Shown here: in pieces, positions 31,078 through 41,569 of the stretch | Position numbering within the stretch: position 1 is the stretch's first letter | Layout of the letters: each line of letters begins with the position of its first letter | Virus record (IMG/VR): IMGVR_UViG_3300021431_000124 | Location: 3,107 to 67,106 of that record | Source: a virus | Taxonomy: Duplodnaviria; Caudoviricetes | Direction: 5' to 3' (one strand) | Length of the DNA: 64,000 nucleotides | Position numbers and translations under genes: made by a program | The notes under the pieces: model-generated | Databases searched by the model: none | What the model saw: only the letters and a program-made list of their open reading frames with translations | Told to the model about the DNA's origin: nothing

Positions 31078-33687
31078 CTAAACAATCGGCGACAACGCTC
31101 CCCAAGATTTGCCAATGGAAACAGAGCATCCAAACTGCAAATCTTGAAGTTGGTCTATCGGCTTTGTTATTATAGATAGAATGTCATTTATAATAATCTT
31201 TTGCAACGATTTGCCAGCAGGAATGCTTATGTTTATCTCATCATGAATGGTGCTTAATAAAGCGAAACCATATTCTTTATATCGTGGTTTTATTTCTTTT
31301 TCAACCTTATTAAGAACGACACGCATAATATCACCGCAAGCACCCTGAATTACAGTATTTAGTGCAATCCTATTATTTCTTGTCAACAAATTTTCTTTGT
31401 CATAATCCGTAAATTCAATCTTTCTAAACCTACCACTTATCGTATAAATACCATTTATAGCATGTGCATATTTTAACGTTCGGCTTTGACCATCTTTTAA
31501 TTCTGGACAAATATCATAAAATGATTGTCTGAAATCATGATTTTCATCGACATCAATTCCAAGTGATTTTAACTGTCTAACAATACCATAATTAGACAAT
31601 CCATAAATCATACCAAGACAAATAACCTTAGATGCTTCTCGCTTCGTATGTTCTGACAATTCAGCACCATTAAACAAATTTAATTCTTTTCCAAATTCTG
31701 TATAAATATCTTCATTCAGCGGTATGCTATTTATTTTTTTTAATCCATACAAATAAGACGCAAGCCGCATTTCTTGTGCTTTGAAATCTATGCAGCACCA
31801 TTCACAATTATCATTCGGCAAAAAGCATTTACGCACATTGATATTGTCTATATAATTCTTTGGAACGCTTTGAATATTTAACTTTGTAAAATATTTATTG
31901 CTGTCAGATGTTCGCGATGATGCAAGACGACCTGTATTGTGATTCCTTATTCCATTTGCATTATATTCATGAACATCCTCAACCTCAATATCATAAACCG
32001 TCATTTCAGTATTTAATTTTGTAACTGAAATTACTGTCGTTTCCTCATATTGCAGATTGAAATATCCATTATCTTTTGGATGACAATGCTCATAATTGAA
32101 ATCACTGCTTGCTAAATTCTTCAAAAAATTTTCTATATAATTCTTATTTTTATTATTCAAATACGCAGCAAAATCAGAACAAAAATCTTTTAAGCTATTC
32201 TGATCATAGAAAACAATGTCATAATGCTCATTATTTTTTCCATAAGTGAAGCACCAAAATTTAAGACCGACAAACTCACAATATGATTTGAATGATTCAA
32301 ATGTCATCATGTGAGAAAATGTGATGTTATCAAATCGAAGATAATGAGTATCACCATATTTCTTATTGTTATATTCAGAATATGAATTCATTATCTTGCA
32401 AATAATTTCGCCTGCAAGATGATATTGTTCTTTTTCTTGTTTCAAAGATTTATAATCATAATTGCAAATAACGCTTTCACCAATAAATAAATTTTCAAGC
32501 GCGCACCATTGCTGCGATATCGAATGGTATTTACTTCTGATATTAGCAGAAGAATTAACTAAAATTGGGTGATGGCTCGCGCCAGTTATCGTCATACCAT
32601 TAGACAATTCAACCCTTGTTATATCATTTGTTTTATGAGCCTCATTCCATAAAACACGTTTAAAACCAAAGTCAGTCCAAATGAAATCATCTTTTTTTAC
32701 ACACGCAATGTCGATAATTCCACGGTCTTTTACAAAACAGAAATGACCCTGCGTAAGACACGGCACTGATGTTGTTTTATATTTGAAACGGCCAAAGCCA
32801 TTTTTTAAAGAATTTTCAAGCGGCTTTATATATTGCTCGCCATACATTACAAGTTTTCTGTATTTGTCTATGAGCTTAAAAATCATAAGCCCAGTTTGCT
32901 CATAATTTGTCTCAAGTGCATTTTTTGTCAGTGAGTTTGTCGATAAACCTTGCTCACTCAATATGAAATTTAACTCTCTCGGTGAATTTATATTGAAACG
33001 TTTTCCTGCAATAGAATAAATGTCGTTAAGCACTTCCTTTGTCTTTGTGTTTATTTCAGATCGCAAATATCTGATATATTGCTCATCCAACTTAATTTTA
33101 TTATCTTCTATTTTCATAAGTGATTGTGATAATACATCATCAATAGAATCTGCAAAAGTTCTGTTTGAACTGTTTTGATAAATAAGTTTCAATCCATACA
33201 TAATTCTTCTTGCGTTTATATATAAATCTGATTCAATGTTTTCTTCTATTTCAACAAAACCAGACTGTGAATGTCTATATGTATAAACAAGAAACAATTC
33301 TATTGCAGTGCGTTGTTCTGAATCTATTATTTTTAACTGTTCAAGTGCGTCAAGATAATTTTGATTCGTTCTCGTTGTATCTGCGTTCCAATATCTCGCA
33401 TTTAGATCAATTGGCGTCAACGACAGCTTTTGTGGTATTGCACCAAAATTTAATAAAATTCTATATTCTGTTTGACCACCAAAATAAACTATCTGCGTAT
33501 CATCACCAGCAAAATAATATTCTAATACCCTATGTTTGTTTTGATAATTATTAAATAGCAAAAAAAGTTTATTGCTATCATCACAACTAAACAAAATACA
33601 GTCAGTGCTTTGTGCGTCTGCATTTTTTAGATTTAAAGATGAAACAAACGTTGTCCGCATCACTGCCTCGAAATTTCTGACAGACAT
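31078..33687 (-). CDS. polA: Family A DNA polymerase with intein
   Basis: TGRLASS, motif A DFKAQEMRL, motif B REASKVICLGMIYG, motif C TIHDE. Confidence 0.92.
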   Translation of the reverse strand: MSVRNFEAVMRTTFVSSLNLKNADAQSTDCILFSCDDSNKLFLLFNNYQNKHRVLEYYFAGDDTQIVYFGGQTEYRILLNFGAIPQKLSLTPIDLNARYWNADTTRTNQNYLDALEQLKIIDSEQRTAIELFLVYTYRHSQSGFVEIEENIESDLYINARRIMYGLKLIYQNSSNRTFADSIDDVLSQSLMKIEDNKIKLDEQYIRYLRSEINTKTKEVLNDIYSIAGKRFNINSPRELNFILSEQGLSTNSLTKNALETNYEQTGLMIFKLIDKYRKLVMYGEQYIKPLENSLKNGFGRFKYKTTSVPCLTQGHFCFVKDRGIIDIACVKKDDFIWTDFGFKRVLWNEAHKTNDITRVELSNGMTITGASHHPILVNSSANIRSKYHSISQQWCALENLFIGESVICNYDYKSLKQEKEQYHLAGEIICKIMNSYSEYNNKKYGDTHYLRFDNITFSHMMTFESFKSYCEFVGLKFWCFTYGKNNEHYDIVFYDQNSLKDFCSDFAAYLNNKNKNYIENFLKNLASSDFNYEHCHPKDNGYFNLQYEETTVISVTKLNTEMTVYDIEVEDVHEYNANGIRNHNTGRLASSRTSDSNKYFTKLNIQSVPKNYIDNINVRKCFLPNDNCEWCCIDFKAQEMRLASYLYGLKKINSIPLNEDIYTEFGKELNLFNGAELSEHTKREASKVICLGMIYGLSNYGIVRQLKSLGIDVDENHDFRQSFYDICPELKDGQSRTLKYAHAINGIYTISGRFRKIEFTDYDKENLLTRNNRIALNTVIQGACGDIMRVVLNKVEKEIKPRYKEYGFALLSTIHDEINISIPAGKSLQKIIINDILSIITKPIDQLQDLQFGCSVSIGKSWGALSPIV
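31936..32760 (-). mobile_element. Intein (275 aa) in DNA polymerase
   Basis: Begins CLTQG, ends VYDIEVEDVHEYNANGIRNHN followed by Thr; removal restores SVP-TGRLASS. Confidence 0.93.
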
Positions 33688-34160
33688 GACAAAAGACGTT
33701 TACAATATGTACTATAATCAATTATACCACGTCTATAATCATTCAAAGGTGCTAATTCTTTTCGTATCATCCATTGAGCAGAATTATTTTCATTGTCGTT
33801 AAATGATTTTATCAATTCATCTTTTGCATCATTGCTCAAAAGACACCATATATTATTAAATGCGTTTTGGATTGTATCTGACACCAATCCATAATCAAAC
33901 AAACTGCTAACACGAAATGAACGGTTTTCTGAAAAGCAATAAAGGCTATCTTCGTAAACTTTTGCCGACGGCGTATTGCGATTATAATGGAATGGGCAAA
34001 AGCACACACCTGACTTAGCTGCACGCAAGTTTATTCCATATTGCTCACATGCAATTCTAAAATCCAAAGTTGAATTTAATATATGCCGTTGAAATTGCGT
34101 GTTTGTTTCCAGTAATTTGTCTGATTGCATTTGCATCTCCGAAAAACAAATCATTAACAT
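33660..34160 (-). CDS. Primase-type CHC2 zinc-finger protein
   Basis: CFCPFHYNRNTPSAKVY...YCF motif; no TOPRIM domain in this ORF. Confidence 0.8.
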   Translation of the reverse strand: MLMICFSEMQMQSDKLLETNTQFQRHILNSTLDFRIACEQYGINLRAAKSGVCFCPFHYNRNTPSAKVYEDSLYCFSENRSFRVSSLFDYGLVSDTIQNAFNNIWCLLSNDAKDELIKSFNDNENNSAQWMIRKELAPLNDYRRGIIDYSTYCKRLLSCLSEISRQ

Positions 34161-34255
34161 TATTCACAATTTAAACCGCATGTCAAACAAAAGTTTCCAC
34201 CGCAACGATATATCTAATAATAATCGTCATTTCTCTTATCATTTAGGAGTTCATT

Positions 34256-34552
34256 ATGTCAGAATTTACACCAGAGCATCGCGGCGAATGCAGTATGGGC
34301 ATGACAGTCGCAGGCACAATCTATAAGAAGATCTACAAGCTAGTTGAAATCACAGATCCAAACGAACTCGAACTTGCCGACAAAGTTGTTTTTGAAGACA
34401 AATTCGGTCAAGTCATAACATTCAACGGAAACTTTATTCAGATAGTCACAGGTGTCAGCATCGAAGCAGATGGCGAATCAACACAAATCGACACCGTGCC
34501 TTATCAGTTAAACCAAGTCTATTCAACAACTGGATTTCCACCGTTCCAATAA
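34256..34552 (+). CDS. Hypothetical protein
   Basis: 98-aa ORF, AGGAG RBS, TATCTAATA upstream. Confidence 0.65.
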   Translation: MSEFTPEHRGECSMGMTVAGTIYKKIYKLVEITDPNELELADKVVFEDKFGQVITFNGNFIQIVTGVSIEADGESTQIDTVPYQLNQVYSTTGFPPFQ

Positions 34553-34570
34553 TAATACCGAGGTGATGCC

Positions 34571-35101
34571 ATGCCATCTTTGCTACCATCACAACAAGAA
34601 TTAACATTCCTGTCAGACTCAATAAACGAAGCACTTGAGTTTTGGGGACAGAATGTAACACTTTTTCCACGGGCTATTTATTCAAAATATTTGGATAACA
34701 TAACTTTGGATAAAGGCACATCCCTGCGAGTTCTATTACAAACCAATCCGCAAAGAAAATTATTAAACAATCTTGGATGGTTTAGAGAGGATAAAGAGGA
34801 TCAACATCTACTGCTTTTCGCACCATATAAAGTAAACGGTCAGCTTCTTGTGTTAAAACAAGGTGATGTTTTATTGTTTGAAGATAAAATGTGCTTGCAA
34901 ATCACAAGAATAAATCGTAATTATTTATACGGTTTGTGGAATATATTGTCTGCTGTATCGTATGAAAAAGACAATCCGATACTCGCAGATGAATATGACA
35001 AACATGCAGAGACTTCAAAAGGTGAAACTATCGAAAAGACACATATCACATCACCTTGGCAAACAATGACAGATGATGAATTTTTGATCAATTCTCAATA
35101 G
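34571..35101 (+). CDS. Putative neck/head-closure protein
   Basis: INEALEFWGQNVTLFPR N-terminus resembles T4 gp14-like neck proteins. Confidence 0.5.
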   Translation: MPSLLPSQQELTFLSDSINEALEFWGQNVTLFPRAIYSKYLDNITLDKGTSLRVLLQTNPQRKLLNNLGWFREDKEDQHLLLFAPYKVNGQLLVLKQGDVLLFEDKMCLQITRINRNYLYGLWNILSAVSYEKDNPILADEYDKHAETSKGETIEKTHITSPWQTMTDDEFLINSQ

Positions 35102-35107
35102 GCTATC

Positions 35108-35479
35108 GTGGAAACACTCTTTATGTTTTTTGCTCTTTTTATTTTTATCATTCTTATCGTTTTGTTTTCAAAAGCAAATCATAAGAAACGAATAAAAGCA
35201 CTGGAATATAAAGAGTGGATGGATAACAAGGGATTCGTTAAAATTGAAATTGAACTATTTGATCAAAACGAATTTGATTATGAAATAACAGGTATCGTTA
35301 CAACGACACATCTAACTGGATATGTGCAGTCTGGCGTTTTCAATTTTATTCTTGGTAAAAACAACTTCTGTGATTTCGAGCTTTTCCCAGAATTGCCAGA
35401 CTACAACGACATAAAAAAAACCGCACCCATACTTTTAAATACAGGTGCGGTTAAATCTTTTGAAAAAATTAAAAATTAA
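35108..35479 (+). CDS. Hypothetical membrane-anchored protein
   Basis: N-terminal hydrophobic helix. Confidence 0.55.
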   Translation: METLFMFFALFIFIILIVLFSKANHKKRIKALEYKEWMDNKGFVKIEIELFDQNEFDYEITGIVTTTHLTGYVQSGVFNFILGKNNFCDFELFPELPDYNDIKKTAPILLNTGAVKSFEKIKN

Positions 35480-36165
35480 CTACGACGATCGCGGCGGTTC
35501 TCTAAGACTTTTCTCAAGCCATTACGTCTGCTAGCAATGCGGCTTTCTCGCATAATTCTGCTTTCAGATTTTTTCTTGCACCACTTTTCAACTTCATCGA
35601 CTGAAAGTGTATTGCTGTCAAGAATTTCTGCATCACCTGATTCAACATTGACTGCTATTGAACTTTCAATCTCATCTTTACCCTTGCTGAGTTCAATGCT
35701 GACAGACCATGTACAAGTATCATCCATCAAACGATGTTCTTCTTCATAATATTCATCCTCGTCAAGATCACCATTCTCTACATCATTCCACATCTTACTA
35801 AGAATATCATCTAGCATTTCATTGCGCTCATTGACTTCTTCATTAAAATCTTTCATATAATCTTTAATGAGTTTGTCATGATCGTCAATGAATTCGTCTG
35901 CATCAACATTAACGTCTCCGCTATAATAATTATAAGCACCTTTAACTAACACTGGTGCGCCTTGATCCCATGTCTGAATAACAACTGTTATATCAGAAAC
36001 ATCACTTCCAGATTCACGCGCTGCTTCGAGGCCATCTTTAACATCATTGAACATATCCATGATTTCATTTTTAACAGATGATAATGACTCTTTGAATATT
36101 TTTCTTGTTCTCTTTATCATAATTAAAACTCCTATATTAGCAAGAACGAACTCGAACAGGAACAA
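35476..36165 (-). CDS. Acidic hypothetical protein; likely start MIKRTRK at 36120
   Basis: AGGAG RBS before internal ATG. Confidence 0.6.
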   Translation of the reverse strand: MFLFEFVLANIGVLIMIKRTRKIFKESLSSVKNEIMDMFNDVKDGLEAARESGSDVSDITVVIQTWDQGAPVLVKGAYNYYSGDVNVDADEFIDDHDKLIKDYMKDFNEEVNERNEMLDDILSKMWNDVENGDLDEDEYYEEEHRLMDDTCTWSVSIELSKGKDEIESSIAVNVESGDAEILDSNTLSVDEVEKWCKKKSESRIMRESRIASRRNGLRKVLENRRDRRS

Positions 36166-36541
36166 CTAACAAAGCAAGCATATCTATGCAAGTATCAATG
36201 CAATCATCGAAATCATCTTCTGGACAATCATCATAAACGACGCCATCGGGATCACATATACCATCAAAGCAGCCTGCAATTTCTGGAACGTCTAAGCAAC
36301 CAGAAAACACATCCTGACACTGTGCAAGATAATCATTGCAATCCTCTGCATACGCATCGAACATTTCTTGATCCATCTTTGGATGTTTGCAAGCCCCACC
36401 CATACAACATTCGTGTCGCTCATTTAATGCTTTCTTCGTGTAATGCTCAAGTATATCTCTTTTTTGCTGTTTAACTTTTTTGAGTGCAATCAATGTTTCC
36501 ATCAATTTACGTTTAGATGTTTTCTTATTATTATTTAGCAT
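36137..36541 (-). CDS. Hypothetical Cys/Asp-rich protein
   Basis: 134-aa ORF, GGAG RBS. Confidence 0.6.
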   Translation of the reverse strand: MLNNNKKTSKRKLMETLIALKKVKQQKRDILEHYTKKALNERHECCMGGACKHPKMDQEMFDAYAEDCNDYLAQCQDVFSGCLDVPEIAGCFDGICDPDGVVYDDCPEDDFDDCIDTCIDMLALLVVPVRVRSC

Positions 36542-36600
36542 AGCAATATCTCCAAATGAAAAGAAACAAACCGATTATAATTATTAGATAGAAAGTTTTA

Positions 36601-38949
36601 TCACAAATCTCTATATTCATAACCAGACAATAATTCATCTTGAGAGAAAATATCATCATCATCGTATGTATCATAATTTCCTTTCAAGCCAGCGGAAAAT
36701 TGTTGTGGCGTTATAACTTCAAAATCCTTATCTTTAATAGCAGAATAAACACATCCAACGACGGCATCCATAACGTCTTTTGAGTTGTGAACTATAATGC
36801 CATTGCCCAAACAATAATTGTGCGTAACAGGCGATTCCATGTCATATACAGGTATCGGCGATAATGTAGTATAATTCATTATGCTTGCTACTGCATGTTT
36901 TCCAAATCCTGCAAGCGGCATCCCAGTTCTTAAACTCTTAGCGTCCACATAACTTCCATTCTTTAACAGAAACATGTGTTCGCGTGTGCAAATAATTTCG
37001 CTTATTTGACCATCATCAAGATTTAATATCCTGACTTTCGTTACTTGATCTTCTTCTTTTACTTTCCAAACTTTTCTGATTGGAACGACAATAATTTCGC
37101 CAGTATCATCTATGCCATAAGTCTGTATGTCAGTTCTGCCAACCAATTCTGCTATTGCTATATTACCTTCGCCGCATACTTTTATTTTTGTCTGGCCAGA
37201 AAAACACCCATTAGGCTGGTGGTCAACTTTATGACGTTCACGATAATGCACCAATTCAAATATTTCTGTCGCCATCAAATCAGCATCCATCTTGTTGAAA
37301 GTTATCCTGCTGTCGTAAAGCAAATCAATAAATCCTAGGTATGCGTCATCCGTTCTATCGACAGATTGCATTTCTGCATTAACACCATTCTCTTTTAAAG
37401 TCTGAATACTTTCTGCACTTGAAAAAGAGTCGTATGTAACTTTTGCAATATTGATTTTTAATGTCTTTATGCAATAGAAAATAAAAGATCGCACCCTTGC
37501 AATAGATATTTTCTTAGGTGGTGGTGGTGGGTTTATTCTCAGCGCACAATCAATAATTATTGTCGGCATTAAAGATCCATTGCGGACGACATTTTCACCA
37601 CGATGACAAATCGCAAATCCCGTAGAGTCGTGAGCATAAGATTGGTCGATATGGATATAATGCGACAAATGCGGATCAATAAATTTATCTTTTAAATAAT
37701 ATTCAAGTGTATTTCTTTCTGAATCATCCTCTGTCGTAATTGATAATTCATTCTTTGTAAATAGCTGCGGGATTTTATCAGATATACAGGCATTCCATAT
37801 CTTTTTAGATGAAAACAATCGACCTGATGGTGCAACAGATTTACCAGCAACATCCATAATTGATTGCAATAAGTTTTGATCAAACCTATCTCTAAACTCA
37901 ACAGGAATGCTGTCTATCTTTTCACGCATTCTAGGTGGCATCTTAGCTATGCCTTCTTTAAGATCATAGCCTTGATATGGCTGACACATTTCTGCTTCTA
38001 ATGCATTATTTAAATCTTCGACATCATTAATTATAAATGGATCTACTTTTTCATTGCCTAAAAAAACATAAAAATGTTCTTTAGAAAACTTATCTGGTTT
38101 GCAATCCCACAACCTGCATCTAAAAACTTTTGCATGAGGATTACCAATAGAAGCCTCAATACGCTGTTGTGTATATGAAGAAGAATACGTCGGAGAAGAA
38201 ATAAGAACTGATATAGATGAGTTCACGCCATTCGCCATAAAACGTGAAGCTCCTCGGTTTAGAACTGCTGTGTGCAATTCTTGAATGGCAGACAACGCAC
38301 CAGCATCTGCCGTCGCACTTCCATCATGGTTAAAAAAGTTCGCCTCATCCATGATGGACGCAATAAGGTTTGATCCGATCTGATCTGTCAGTCTCGCACC
38401 GTGTCTGAATATGACATTTTCTGGAAACTCAAGTATTGAACTATGTCGCATATTTCTGCAAAAATTTTCTTGAAAATATGGAATAGAATCAACTGTCTCT
38501 CTGAACTGTTTGAAACCTGTTAATTCTGCTTGCTGTTTTGTTAATGAGAAATACATAAAAACAACGCTTGCAGAAGACATTAAATCGAACAAACCTGCGA
38601 CATTCTTATAACAAGACAATTCATATAATTTTCGTATAAGAATGAATGTGCCGACAGTACTTTTACCAGTACCAAGTGCGCCTTCTATAATAACTTCATT
38701 ATATTGACCTTTATGTGTTCCGAATATATCAATCAGCGCATCTTTCCAGAAATTATATAATTTTAATCCGTCTTTTCCAACATAATACGGATTATTAACC
38801 CAGCGCTCAATCGGTTCTATCTCTCTAATAAGCTCTGGTTCTGTCTGTTTCTTGTTTTCTTCATGTGTTATATCAAGTGCTTTTATGATTTTTTCAATTT
38901 CTTCTTTTGAAAAATTATTTAGTATAGAAGCATCGATCATTACATCCAC
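36601..38949 (-). CDS. terL: Terminase large subunit with mini-intein
   Basis: Walker A GALGTGKS, Walker B IMDEANF, nuclease HIDQS, VDHQPNG..SKDVMDAVVG. Confidence 0.92.
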   Translation of the reverse strand: MDVMIDASILNNFSKEEIEKIIKALDITHEENKKQTEPELIREIEPIERWVNNPYYVGKDGLKLYNFWKDALIDIFGTHKGQYNEVIIEGALGTGKSTVGTFILIRKLYELSCYKNVAGLFDLMSSASVVFMYFSLTKQQAELTGFKQFRETVDSIPYFQENFCRNMRHSSILEFPENVIFRHGARLTDQIGSNLIASIMDEANFFNHDGSATADAGALSAIQELHTAVLNRGASRFMANGVNSSISVLISSPTYSSSYTQQRIEASIGNPHAKVFRCRLWDCKPDKFSKEHFYVFLGNEKVDPFIINDVEDLNNALEAEMCQPYQGYDLKEGIAKMPPRMREKIDSIPVEFRDRFDQNLLQSIMDVAGKSVAPSGRLFSSKKIWNACISDKIPQLFTKNELSITTEDDSERNTLEYYLKDKFIDPHLSHYIHIDQSYAHDSTGFAICHRGENVVRNGSLMPTIIIDCALRINPPPPPKKISIARVRSFIFYCIKTLKINIAKVTYDSFSSAESIQTLKENGVNAEMQSVDRTDDAYLGFIDLLYDSRITFNKMDADLMATEIFELVHYRERHKVDHQPNGCFSGQTKIKVCGEGNIAIAELVGRTDIQTYGIDDTGEIIVVPIRKVWKVKEEDQVTKVRILNLDDGQISEIICTREHMFLLKNGSYVDAKSLRTGMPLAGFGKHAVASIMNYTTLSPIPVYDMESPVTHNYCLGNGIIVHNSKDVMDAVVGCVYSAIKDKDFEVITPQQFSAGLKGNYDTYDDDDIFSQDELLSGYEYRDL
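36784..37206 (-). mobile_element. Mini-intein (141 aa, no endonuclease) in terminase
   Basis: Begins CFSGQT, ends VYDMESPVTHNYCLGNGIIVHN followed by Ser. Confidence 0.93.
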
Positions 38950-38981
38950 CTAAAAAAAATAAAGAAAACAAAATATAATAA

Positions 38982-39404
38982 CTACATATTTCTGAACACA
39001 ACTACCATAGAAGGGAACGGAGCGCTATTCTTTGAATTACTAAATTTTAATCTACCTTTAATAAAACGAATTTCAGCATTCAAATTATGATATATGAATT
39101 TATGAAACCAAGCCGTGTCAGTTCGAGCAGGAATAAGCATAACTGCCAATCCTTTATGCTTTGCACATTTCTCAACCCACTTATCAATGCCACGGCCATA
39201 AGGCGGGTTGCAATATACACGTTTATTGCCCCAATCTTGCCTCAACCCATCTGTCTCTTTTGTGAAATAGAGATCGCATTTATGGTTTTCATCGGTAGCA
39301 CAAGGATCTAATTCAAAGTTAAACTCAAGGTTTAGCTTATCATAGAAATCCTTCGGTGTAGACCACTCGGATGAATCAGAAGAAAACAGTGCGTCGTTAA
39401 TCAT
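38982..39404 (-). CDS. dam: Phage DNA N6-adenine methyltransferase (Dam-type)
   Basis: EWSTP, LDPCA, VYCNPPYGR, LIPARTDT motifs. Confidence 0.9.
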   Translation of the reverse strand: MINDALFSSDSSEWSTPKDFYDKLNLEFNFELDPCATDENHKCDLYFTKETDGLRQDWGNKRVYCNPPYGRGIDKWVEKCAKHKGLAVMLIPARTDTAWFHKFIYHNLNAEIRFIKGRLKFSNSKNSAPFPSMVVVFRNM

Positions 39405-39420
39405 AATAAAGAAATACCTC

Positions 39421-39948
39421 TTAACTTTGAGACAAGAATAATGCTTTTAATTGAGCAAGTTTTTCTGGCGGCAACGTTGATAGTAGTTGCGACACAGCAG
39501 ACGAACCAGAATTAGTGTCAAAATTGATTGCATCCTGATTCTGTGCAAGATAACGTCGGATAAACTCCATTGTCTGCATGATAACCGTAGATGCAGTTTT
39601 ATACGTCTCGGTGATTTCCTTTGTTGACATTGCTTTAAGCATATTTGGATCGAAAATAATTTCCTCTGCCTCGCTCATAAACTGTGTTAGCCTATATAAA
39701 CGAGACACAGACATCGCACAAAGAAATCCCATCGAAGTGTTTATTTTATATGCAAGGTTATTGACTAGCCCCTCAACAAAAGGTGGTATTGACTCACTCC
39801 GCCCACACAACCAGTTAAAAAACTCATCGCGCTGCCGCTCCGTTAATTCAGATACTTCTTTTTTTAGTGAAGTCTCTATCGTATCTGCAAGTATTTCGAC
39901 AGTTTCGTTTTTATCATCATCCTTTGGGATCTTCGTAAAACTAGCCAT
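39421..39948 (-). CDS. Hypothetical protein, candidate terminase small subunit by position
   Basis: 175-aa helical ORF two genes upstream of terL; no diagnostic motif. Confidence 0.5.
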   Translation of the reverse strand: MASFTKIPKDDDKNETVEILADTIETSLKKEVSELTERQRDEFFNWLCGRSESIPPFVEGLVNNLAYKINTSMGFLCAMSVSRLYRLTQFMSEAEEIIFDPNMLKAMSTKEITETYKTASTVIMQTMEFIRRYLAQNQDAINFDTNSGSSAVSQLLSTLPPEKLAQLKALFLSQS

Positions 39949-39958
39949 GACGATTCAC

Positions 39959-40675
39959 CTATTTAAAAAGTGAAAGCTGCTTTGCGCAATCTTTCTCATC
40001 ATCATCATCCACTTCTTTAATCGTAGATAGATCAATGTTTTCGTCAAAGTTGTAATTAAATTCAGTTTCCAAATATGTATATGCGTCTTCATCACTTGTT
40101 TCTTCTGGAAGCATAGCAGAATTAGGCAAGTCATATTCGGAATTATCATTATTTGTTTGTTCTTCTTTTTTCTTATTGCCACTACTGAATTTACTATATC
40201 TTTTATTTAATGACGAATCATCTTTTATTTTCGCGAGGGATTCTTTCGCAATTAAATACATTTTTTCGAGTGCATCCAAATCCTTGTTTGTCACTTCAAG
40301 TTCAATTTCGCTCGTCGGTTTGTTCTTTATGAAAATTTCATAATTATCAATGAAATTTGAATAAACACGATCCATATAAACACCAAAACGATATGACGTA
40401 CATATAAAAGGATTCGGCTTATCTGAATGCGCAACCGTATATAAGAAAAGTCTTATACTATTTTCTGCTTTGAGAAATTCATTTTTTGTCGGTATTTTTA
40501 ACAACTGTCCGCCAAACAATTCTATAAAAAGAGGTGTATCATTCTCCAATATATAATAAAGCATTTCAATGAAATCACACTGTTTCTTGTTTGCCAAAGC
40601 GAGCAATGCCAGTTTTGTTTCTATATCCTTAAATTCATGTTTTATTACAGTACAGAGTGATGTTATTGAAGACAT
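39959..40675 (-). CDS. Putative Mor-like transcription regulator
   Basis: IELFGGQLLKIP motif. Confidence 0.5.
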   Translation of the reverse strand: MSSITSLCTVIKHEFKDIETKLALLALANKKQCDFIEMLYYILENDTPLFIELFGGQLLKIPTKNEFLKAENSIRLFLYTVAHSDKPNPFICTSYRFGVYMDRVYSNFIDNYEIFIKNKPTSEIELEVTNKDLDALEKMYLIAKESLAKIKDDSSLNKRYSKFSSGNKKKEEQTNNDNSEYDLPNSAMLPEETSDEDAYTYLETEFNYNFDENIDLSTIKEVDDDDEKDCAKQLSLFK

Positions 40676-40691
40676 TATGCGAACTCAGCTC

Positions 40692-41447
40692 CTATGATCT
40701 CTGATCTACAAGTATTGCATTGACAATCAATGTTATTATTTGTTTCTCAACTGGCAGAATAAAATCGACAAAACTCTCTCTAAGCTCCTCATCCGTAAGT
40801 TCAAGGTTTTGCTCAGAGCTTCTTATTCTCACTTCATTAAACAGCAATTCGTCATCATATTCATCTTCTGAATCAGAAAGCACTGCAATGACAGATGTAA
40901 TAAATTCTTTATATTTATTATATTTCTTTGGAAGTCGATTAAACACCATGTCTATATATTTATTATCAATAGACGAATGCTTAAAACTTGTCTTGCAAAA
41001 CATCAAACCATCACTTGTCTCGCGTGTGCGCTTATGCGTATGATAAAGATAATTTGATATTTCATTTCTAATGCAAGTATAAATATAAGTTCTCAGCGAA
41101 CGATAAACACCATTTTCTGGATCTTCCATTATTACTTGCGCTGCTTTAATAACACCAATCTGAATAAGGTCTTTATATATTGATATAGACGGAAAATGTT
41201 TTCTTAAAATTGTGCGTGTAAGCGATTCAATGCGATCCCAACCAACATCAGTGACAGCACCATCATCAGTTCTCATTTCAGACATAACCCATGCCGAATT
41301 CGGTTTGGCTTTCTTTTTCGGTAGCTTGCGCCTTGGGTTTTTCAGCAACGTTTCATCGACCTTATCTTGCATCTCTTTCCGCATTAAAAAGAGTTCAAGC
41401 TGATAATCTGTTAAATGGGAATTGTCATCTGAATTAAACATAAGCAC
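40692..41447 (-). CDS. Putative phage sigma-like factor
   Basis: DLIQIGVI...LRTYIYTCIRNEISNYL resembles sigma70 region 2. Confidence 0.65.
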   Translation of the reverse strand: MLMFNSDDNSHLTDYQLELFLMRKEMQDKVDETLLKNPRRKLPKKKAKPNSAWVMSEMRTDDGAVTDVGWDRIESLTRTILRKHFPSISIYKDLIQIGVIKAAQVIMEDPENGVYRSLRTYIYTCIRNEISNYLYHTHKRTRETSDGLMFCKTSFKHSSIDNKYIDMVFNRLPKKYNKYKEFITSVIAVLSDSEDEYDDELLFNEVRIRSSEQNLELTDEELRESFVDFILPVEKQIITLIVNAILVDQRS

Positions 41448-41569
41448 GCATTTATATCTAATATCAAAAAGGGATTGATATGTCGTTCGTAATCGTTTAT
41501 AAATGGTAATAACAAACGACTAATATGTATTATTAGTCTATATCATAAAAATAAGCAAACTAAAAAAAT

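Noticed and set aside
31078-31129. Extended start of the 29105-31129 ORF
   Set aside because: Overlaps the polA 3' end; a strong AGGAG RBS supports ATG at 31066 instead
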